Origin: Faecousia sp.
GTDB taxonomy: Bacteria > Bacillota > Clostridia > Oscillospirales > Oscillospiraceae
DNA: 64,000 nt
Assembly (NCBI GenBank): GCA_051867135.1
Contig: JBJDYH010000223.1
Coordinates: 11,597-75,596, forward strand
Direction of reading: 5' to 3'
How positions within the stretch are numbered: position 1 is the stretch's first letter; each line of letters starts with the position of its first letter. A model generated the notes under the pieces. It was not told the origin of the DNA and did not search any database. It saw nothing but the letters and a program-made list of their open reading frames with translations. The translations under genes and the position numbers were made by a program. Shown here piece after piece: positions 59,501-64,000 of the stretch.

Positions 59501-62057
59501 TCTCGGACTCCATCCGGTCGATTTCGTCCATAATTTGATTATATGTGTCAAAGTCAATTTCACCGGCAGCAAAAGCATGCTCCACCGCCCCCCGGTCTAT
59601 GCTCTCGCCTCTCGAAGTGTCAGGTTCGGACACATTTTCAATTCCCATCTGCCGGGCAATCTCAGCCTGGAAAGCCTCTTGGCCAGTTATCGACTTCTGC
59701 TGGGTATCATTCTGGGTTTGTGGTGAGGATTCCGTGGGAGTATCCTCCCTGCTTTCTTCGCTCTGGATGCGCTTTCCTTGTTCCTCGGCCGCGGCTGCAG
59801 CATATTCAGCACGAATAGCATCCTCATCGGCCTGAACAAGCTGAACAATCTCAGCACCGCTCAATTCTTTGCCACTATTTACCCTCTGCTGAAACTGCAC
59901 AGCCAGCAAATAGCTCAAGCTGTCATGGTCAGATTCCAAACCCTCCGCAATCAGCTCTTCCACGGAGCTTCCATATATTTGCTTAACCCTTTTGTTTTGC
60001 TGATGATTGGAATAGGCATTAACCGCAGAAGAAAACACACTCTCACCGCCGCCAAGCAATAAGCCAACGCTGGCACCCATGCCAAATTCCTCGGCCATCT
60101 CCTTCAGATTCGCAAGCTGCGTGTCTGGTGCATAGGCAACCTTCGCCACCAAATTGTTTACAAAGCCCTGTAAGACTTCCTCGCCGCCTTCTTCCGCAGC
60201 GGATACCAGCCACGCAAGCAGCTTATTGCCGTCGCCCATGAGCTCCTCAGGCAGGCCCTGAATACCGCTTGTACCGCTGAAACCCACCTCAATGCCGGAG
60301 TTGATTAACGATGTAATTGTGGCACACAAGGCAGCCGTCGTGTCGCTGGCACCCATGGACTTGGCCTGTTCGTAGTCGCCGCTATATGTTCTCCCATAGC
60401 TGAGCCAGAAGCTGGGATTCCTCGCCATGTTCTGAACCGTAATACCTGCCTTCGTCAAGAAATTGCCGCTCATATACGCAGCGTTTGTGGCAAGCCTGGA
60501 AGATGTGGCTCCAGCGGAGCTTCCCGCTGTCATGAACGCAAGCACCGCATCCGGAACAGCAGCAACCGTGCCCTCGATGATGCTGCCCGCAATATCGTAA
60601 GCCTTGCCGCCGCCCATTTTCTCCTTATAGAGGTTTCTGTTAAATGCCTGGGCATTATATGCATCGCTGTAATAGTCAGAAACAGATGAAACAGGATTAT
60701 TCTTCCACCCCAACGCCTGCAAGGGTTTTCCTACCAAATAGTCAAGAGTACCGGTAATGCTTTTGTTGAAAGAGCCTAACCCAGATATGGCAGAAGCTCC
60801 TAACCAATCCAAAAAATTGCCAGCAGAAAAGTTGCTGTCTCCTGTCATCAGCGAATACCACTCATCAGGGTCTACACCTGCCTTTTTCATTTCGGCCATA
60901 ACTGTATTCTTATAGCTATCACTTACCTTACCATTATTGGCTACAATATACTGCAGAGCTTCCAGAACGGTGCGATTCTCACCCGGCATGCTTACCTCGG
61001 AAAGAATCTGCATTTTCTCGTCCATAAGCTTGGAATTGTACAGGTTGGTATAGAAAAGATTCTCATCGCCGGTGCTGGAAACCATTTTAACCTGCGCTTC
61101 CCGCAAGGTCATGGCCTCCGGTGCATACGCTTTCAGCCATGCAAGTTCTTCCTCCGAAATATCCGGCGTTCCCTTGCTCGCAGACTCCCGCATTTCCTTG
61201 ACCTGCTTATACAACTTACCCCATTGAGAATTGACAGACTTTCGTTCTTCCAAAGCTTCAGGCGTGCCAATTTCCCAAAGTTCAGCAGCTCTCTCAGCCA
61301 ATTCGGTTTTTTGCCGCTCAAGTTCAGCGATTTCCGCGCTGGTATTCGCATCGATGCCCTCTATCAGACATTCCAGCTCCGTATAACTCTTACCGGCGTA
61401 CTTTTGACGATAAGCCATATCCTGCTGCCATGTTTTATAGCTGTCTTCCGAATCCCAGTTCCCATAGAAGTCTGCCAATTCTTTGATTGTGCCGGAATTG
61501 TCTTTGCTAATCTCGGCATACAGGTTTGTAAGCTGCTCGGAGAGCTCTGCATCGCTTCCGTAATCCGCATACAGCTCGCTTATCCTGCTCAGAATCTCCC
61601 TGCGCTGGTTGTCGTAGTCCGTTCGGAAACGCTCTATCTCGTCCTGACTGCGCCATCGATCACTGCCAAATTCCAAATTCCAGCTATTGTAATGATTGTA
61701 CAGTCTGTCCTGCAAATCGCGAATCTTGTATTCCGGGTTTTCCCTGACAAGCCCCTGCAAATCATCAAAAGAAGGCTTGAGGCCGGAAGACAAAGAAAAA
61801 TTAACATTGTCTTGGTACTTTTGGTAGCCAGTTTGTGCCTTGCTGCCGGATTGCGCGGCGTTTTCAAGTCTTGCCTGGGCCTGAAGATATTCAAAAGAAG
61901 GTTTGGTTGTCACAGACTCATCGTCTGGCTGAACGGTCGCAGGCTTATTGACGGGCCGGGCAGGCTGCCCATCCGCCTCGGCAGAATCATCATAATTAAC
62001 TGCCTCCGGCTTTTGGTAAGCCAGTTTTTTCAATTCTTCATAAGACGGCTTTCCCAT
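53568..62057 (-). CDS. Phage large polyvalent (DNA ejection-type) protein, 2829 aa
   Basis: EEGGEEVLQ-type helical region, HEIFH zincin module (58857-58871), MuF-C/PBECR-like module (KILHDHPE..IPKILEDPILILTS), LPD38-like C-terminal region (FTQFQ, PFGGGQISK); domain names from recall. Confidence 0.85.
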   Translation of the reverse strand: MGKPSYEELKKLAYQKPEAVNYDDSAEADGQPARPVNKPATVQPDDESVTTKPSFEYLQAQARLENAAQSGSKAQTGYQKYQDNVNFSLSSGLKPSFDDLQGLVRENPEYKIRDLQDRLYNHYNSWNLEFGSDRWRSQDEIERFRTDYDNQRREILSRISELYADYGSDAELSEQLTNLYAEISKDNSGTIKELADFYGNWDSEDSYKTWQQDMAYRQKYAGKSYTELECLIEGIDANTSAEIAELERQKTELAERAAELWEIGTPEALEERKSVNSQWGKLYKQVKEMRESASKGTPDISEEELAWLKAYAPEAMTLREAQVKMVSSTGDENLFYTNLYNSKLMDEKMQILSEVSMPGENRTVLEALQYIVANNGKVSDSYKNTVMAEMKKAGVDPDEWYSLMTGDSNFSAGNFLDWLGASAISGLGSFNKSITGTLDYLVGKPLQALGWKNNPVSSVSDYYSDAYNAQAFNRNLYKEKMGGGKAYDIAGSIIEGTVAAVPDAVLAFMTAGSSAGATSSRLATNAAYMSGNFLTKAGITVQNMARNPSFWLSYGRTYSGDYEQAKSMGASDTTAALCATITSLINSGIEVGFSGTSGIQGLPEELMGDGNKLLAWLVSAAEEGGEEVLQGFVNNLVAKVAYAPDTQLANLKEMAEEFGMGASVGLLLGGGESVFSSAVNAYSNHQQNKRVKQIYGSSVEELIAEGLESDHDSLSYLLAVQFQQRVNSGKELSGAEIVQLVQADEDAIRAEYAAAAAEEQGKRIQSEESREDTPTESSPQTQNDTQQKSITGQEAFQAEIARQMGIENVSEPDTSRGESIDRGAVEHAFAAGEIDFDTYNQIMDEIDRMESETEGRAYARATKEVQSKTVKEVTGEAVSRIGNKFNFTNKNGGTVNANSNERTQTPTVTQPGTVTGNGVSDGGQGRYADPGTAEQAGSLGSRAAGKRPAAYSGTVASVQRQNAANDLRRQGIIQNVSSKELGLQNGTDAQNLLVIPESHWDAELQLTAKQIYEETGCTVTYVIGGIEVARSDGRVGYARGVFQSDKIILQADNKVSVEQLGDHEIFHWKSNELRSMVDFLAESIMEQHSMEEFSRVLDTYKDNLWAIYGCQENASADEYEETFRRCVEEVLADAYAGINAFGAGADRFTEGVRGWMDENGVGRLQMQENGTEQPTGPPVERFSTERPGVYSGEAIAFAEDIRSWNRFGQSTDVPTFILGSTGSVIQALGGIESDIYLTPEKAKKILHDHPEVSIDILADIPKILEDPILILTSKGINSRLILYGSVLAENRRPVLVVFDMHPVEKGFYINDMQKVNSVYTKTETRNRNADENGRFFLESSDVLYADKKRTTRLLSAIGLSAPITCTQGGYIGSISYEGSNVKTEGVPFMDIFEYGDKSVYDTYLAKETFSFDDSYQDADEAQIAGEVEEMRGRAEPKAEPLEAEEVTPIARENLPAKARDTLTSKEWKAFQALRNTFGVPYAEARDFLRGTVQQLSDAYLETGKISQEIADQLFEDAWRKGEIEDREFYDQYKDIKDKLRTTAVTLDARDQGDIVDFLDFKKRSRWTLRIVNEGGIPVDTFYDELRGMAPELFPEEITHPADQLVKMYEVANSIVKQKQSLDEYYGVAAGTMKQAARESFDSVIDELRNDLWKVRRFGEDKAAQAEKKAQMPKVRTVEEALEAGNKMKNARRNSERAVRRNLLTAADEEIVGKLLRGEMSLEQLDPSKDNVEGIREVYEAKKEYEEARKSITEYKRQVHAALFEKADSYLETANEWKDKAMGIQYSRETMTRNVYDIVPDKVIAKQVLSAYFEPVQIAEAARTRFKTEMRNRVADMNLSRKVAKGNVVSEAHAVQLLGEAQDNIESLKQTQGYIKTRDGKTLEEWQAVILDLWGSNPNLDKAKIQRSVEQFRQIYDELFTMMNEVRVRFGYEPVSYRKGYFPHFQPDGGDGIMAYFGKVLGIDTQVDVLPTTINGLTHTFKPGTTWFGNAQERLGFNTVYDAVEGFDRYIEGVSDVIFHTENIQNLRALATQIRYRTSEEGIQKQVDNIRTREDLSDTEKEDLIKSTLEKGKYSLSNFVNELDEYTNLLANKKSRLDRGVEALFGRNRFYRLAKNLNSRVGANMVVGNVSSAMTNFIPLVQAAGRVGDRNMLRAMWDTLRNADDGIVGKSDFLTSRRGSDVLVKTKIQKASELAGILMNIVDNFSSDTLLRAAYYKNLQSGMSETEALHEADIFAAGVMAGRAKGDMPTLFHSVNPIIKMFTQFQLEVNNQYSEVFKDMPRHYRGQAAFKIAMSFLSYFVRAYLFNDLFELLFGRRPALDPISLINDFVGDTTGYKIPSLSSIVSGNVSFETNKKGAGEAVKNIAKSSLGELPFSAALTLFGIETDGGRIPVSSAIPDLSVLVDVLTNDDWDGRYKWKKVQDELNKLAYVIPPFGGGQISKTWKGLKAFSEGGSYTVDKNGQDILQYPIYKESPIEALGNALRTAVMGKNSVPEAVQWVESGFDSLGAKQTAMYKDMLDAGVKARDAYELIDALRSAEKTKDKAKKDVQLDIIRSSNISDEGKTIAVYGILESETLEKVMDILDDEGVDAGTILDVVYGYRAAELLERGEKAAKRKVILDADLTENEKLLLVGELMGTDMETSSGKPTEYAKLLDAMQEGMTVDEYLTMVQANGDLDDYLEYTEAGLSKDEALYLVDALEDLEPEPGNDKVTDIQKWQTCVDFSTNEAIQLSALRGAMDEKQYAKVELAYDFGVTPRNYIKLQEIKSDYDADGNGSYSNKEIQTAIDSMSGMTMEQKAVLWQIATGSTSAKNNPYSKQVGQQVLDAKNG
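57913..58020 (+). ncRNA. Putative antisense small hairpin RNA inside the polyvalent gene
   Basis: TTGACA(57913)-17-TATACT(57936); stems aaccaccc/gggtggtt and ggtgataggc/gcctatcgcc; T7 tract. Confidence 0.7.
59141..59371 (-). CDS. Nested 76-aa protein (+1 frame inside the polyvalent gene)
   Basis: GGAGGT SD 7 nt before ATG; globular-looking sequence while the host frame is a G/Q/T/A-rich linker. Confidence 0.65.
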   Translation of the reverse strand: MQTATNEPRPLQLPSPEPSQETVYLMEGRDGMLTRVPQSKLEAWEAAQQGNGPQPTQAQWQAFKDRMLRMIYGDKA

Positions 62058-62068
62058 ATCGCACCTCC

Positions 62069-63337
62069 TTAAAGGCCAAGTTTCCGGGTAATAGTAATTA
62101 CATCAGATTGTGTAACGATGCCGCTCTCATAAGCACGCTGCAACCGCTCATTGACAGTTGTCTTCCATGTATTAGTGTTTTGGCCAGCCGAGGCCATAGG
62201 AAGATTCCTCACAAAATTAAATCCTGTATCACTCAGCGTATATTGCCACGGTGTAGCATTGATAGCATCGCCCAGATTGCTATATCCCTTTGCAGTCAGC
62301 GCATTTTGAGTAGCCGGGTCAAGCGTCCCGCTCTGAGTCACACCAAGCCACTTCTGAAGCCCCTTGATTTGGTTGGCGCTATAGTTATTACTGCCGGAAC
62401 CGCTGTCGATTACAGGTTCATAGGTACTGCCATTGTTCCAGGGCTGCTCAACCATTGCCTCAGCCAGCGAGTTAAAGTTCGCATTCTTCAGGGCAGCACG
62501 GCTTTCCGGGCCAAACAAGCCGTCCGGGGTCACACCAAGCCAATTTTGCAAAGCCATAATATCCGCTTGGCTATAGCCCTCATTATCCCAGTTTTTAACC
62601 CCGCCGTATATCGATGCTGAGCCGCTGCCGGAACTGTTGCCTAAACCGCTGGAGAAACTCCCGCCGGAACCGGAGCTTTCGGGAATACCCAAAATCTCCG
62701 CAACTTCCGGTGTAGCATATCCCAGCGTATTATAAAGATTCAAAGCATTGGCAATTTTCTGTTGATCCCGCTCCGCCTGAAGCTGCTGCTGGGTGATATG
62801 CTGGCTGTAGGCGTCACTGTACAGCTCCGGGATAATATCCGCAAGTTTACCGGCATAGTAATCGCCTGCCTGCTGGGATGCCGTAATCGCCGCAGTGCTC
62901 GGCACGCCGCCGGTAAGTACGCTGGCTTTGGCCAAAGCGTTCTCGGCCGCACGGTCACCTTCACGAAGATACGCTTTCTTATAGGCCGCAAACCGGGGAT
63001 CAGTCTCCGGGTCATACTGAAAGCTTCCTTCAGAGGACTGCGGCATATTCCCGCTGTCCTCTTCGCCTCCCTGCGTCGGCAGCTGGCCAACATTTGAAGA
63101 CTGCGCCTGCTGCTGTCCGGCCACGGTAGAATAGGTCTTTCTAAGCTGGCTCTCAGCCTCCTGCGCCAACAGCTTTGCTTCCGGCGTGCTTGCCTTGCTT
63201 GCATCCTGTTTCAAGGTCAAAAGGCTCAAGCCAAACTCCGGGTATTTCTGCGTAGTTGCCAAATCCTCCTGGCTGAATTCCGGCAACATGCCAGACTTAT
63301 TTGCCGCGCTCAAGAAATCATCGTATGTATATGCCAT
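62069..63337 (-). CDS. Phage internal virion protein with two peptidoglycan-binding-like repeats
   Basis: FQYDPETDP..AY..AYLREG motif; IMALQNWLGVTPDGLFGPESRAAL and IKGLQKWLGVTQSGTLDPATQNAL. Confidence 0.75.
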   Translation of the reverse strand: MAYTYDDFLSAANKSGMLPEFSQEDLATTQKYPEFGLSLLTLKQDASKASTPEAKLLAQEAESQLRKTYSTVAGQQQAQSSNVGQLPTQGGEEDSGNMPQSSEGSFQYDPETDPRFAAYKKAYLREGDRAAENALAKASVLTGGVPSTAAITASQQAGDYYAGKLADIIPELYSDAYSQHITQQQLQAERDQQKIANALNLYNTLGYATPEVAEILGIPESSGSGGSFSSGLGNSSGSGSASIYGGVKNWDNEGYSQADIMALQNWLGVTPDGLFGPESRAALKNANFNSLAEAMVEQPWNNGSTYEPVIDSGSGSNNYSANQIKGLQKWLGVTQSGTLDPATQNALTAKGYSNLGDAINATPWQYTLSDTGFNFVRNLPMASAGQNTNTWKTTVNERLQRAYESGIVTQSDVITITRKLGL

Positions 63338-63338
63338 G

Positions 63339-64000
63339 TTAATTCCTCCCCATAGTAGATTTCAGTTCAGAACCGGAGTACCGTTCCCGAACAATAGAAT
63401 ATATTCTGCATTCGCCTGCGCCGGACAGCCGAAGCCGATAGTGGTCACACCGCCGAGGAACAATGGGCAGATAATAGCTGCGCTTTGCGCCGTCCCCTGT
63501 TATGCTGCCGGCGGGCCGCCATACGCCATCGCTGTCAAACTGCAGCTCCGCCGTCATGCTGGCGCCGTCCCCCAGCTCTACCCGAATTTGCAGTTTGCTG
63601 ACGCCCTTCTTGTTGGGGTCACCGTCGTAGAAATCACCGAATTCCGCAAACCACTCAAGGCAACCCTCGTTCGGATCCAAGGCATCCACCTCCCAGATAT
63701 GGCCGGTGCTTTCCAGATAATAGAGCTGTCCGTCCTGCTTGGCAAAGGCAAGAGCATGAGTGCTATCCTCCTTGTGCCACAGGTCAAACCGTGTATCAAA
63801 TACATACATTTCCCACACGCCGCCCCGACGCAGGCTAGCGTAGTACCGCAGACCGTCACTGCCGGCCACAGCAGCGTCGAACCTTTCGCTGCCAAGCTCC
63901 AGCCCTATGCATTGCGGTATGCCACCCGTATAAGCCACAACGCCGCTGCGGCTCATATAAAACAGCGTTTCTCCTGCAATGGCAAGACTCTTGCTGCACC
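63339..64000 (-). CDS. Phage tail nozzle/packaged-DNA stabilization protein (5' truncated)
   Basis: Beta-propeller-like, WHKED, PRRCDHYRLRLSGAGECRIYSI; frame open to window edge. Confidence 0.7.
   Translation of the reverse strand, partial: CSKSLAIAGETLFYMSRSGVVAYTGGIPQCIGLELGSERFDAAVAGSDGLRYYASLRRGGVWEMYVFDTRFDLWHKEDSTHALAFAKQDGQLYYLESTGHIWEVDALDPNEGCLEWFAEFGDFYDGDPNKKGVSKLQIRVELGDGASMTAELQFDSDGVWRPAGSITGDGAKRSYYLPIVPRRCDHYRLRLSGAGECRIYSIVRERYSGSELKSTMGRN

Larger units (their letters stand above)
53465..64000 (-). mobile_element. Prophage end (podovirus-like virion module), continues beyond window
   Basis: att-like tRNA 3' end followed by co-oriented giant polyvalent, internal virion and tail nozzle-like genes. 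Confidence 0.85.

Noticed and set aside
61133-61351. Other same-strand alternate-frame ORFs in the polyvalent gene (also 58385-58579, 58601-58975, 56687-56869)
   Set aside because: No convincing SD, shadow-like Arg/Ser/Trp-rich composition, and they overlie structured parts of the main frame
1-64000. CRISPR array, DGR or retron
   Set aside because: No regularly spaced repeats, cas genes or reverse transcriptase seen

Overview
Chromosomal window from a Bacillota gut/rumen-type bacterium (gene content and repeats suggest Oscillospiraceae; inference). Core genes include mfd, ddl, murC, nth, pepD, secG, a DEAD-box helicase, tmk, mltG, a U32 peptidase, several ABC transporters and tRNA-Pro(GGG). 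There are three accessory zones. (1) 17.9-33.2 kb, between secG and tRNA-Pro: a radical SAM/PqqD/kinase RiPP-like operon fused to a large fibro-slime secreted protein, a LytS-type two-component system, an ABC exporter pair and a phage-derived cassette. (2) 50.5-53.5 kb: a mosaic of phage polyvalent-protein remnants, MITEs and tRNA-Ser 3' ends. (3) From 53.5 kb: the end of a podovirus-like prophage with a 2829-aa polyvalent virion protein. The most striking signal is a second coding layer inside the polyvalent-protein sequences. Four small ORFs with strong SD sites are nested in the +1 frame, and three antisense units each comprise a sigma-A promoter and a long-hairpin small RNA. Two of the RNA units and three of the nested ORFs lie in truncated chromosomal fragments, and for those two RNA units the protein frame is broken while the promoter and hairpin are intact. 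This suggests built-in antidotes to phage effector domains that the host retains as cassettes. All calls were made by eye, with no database searches.
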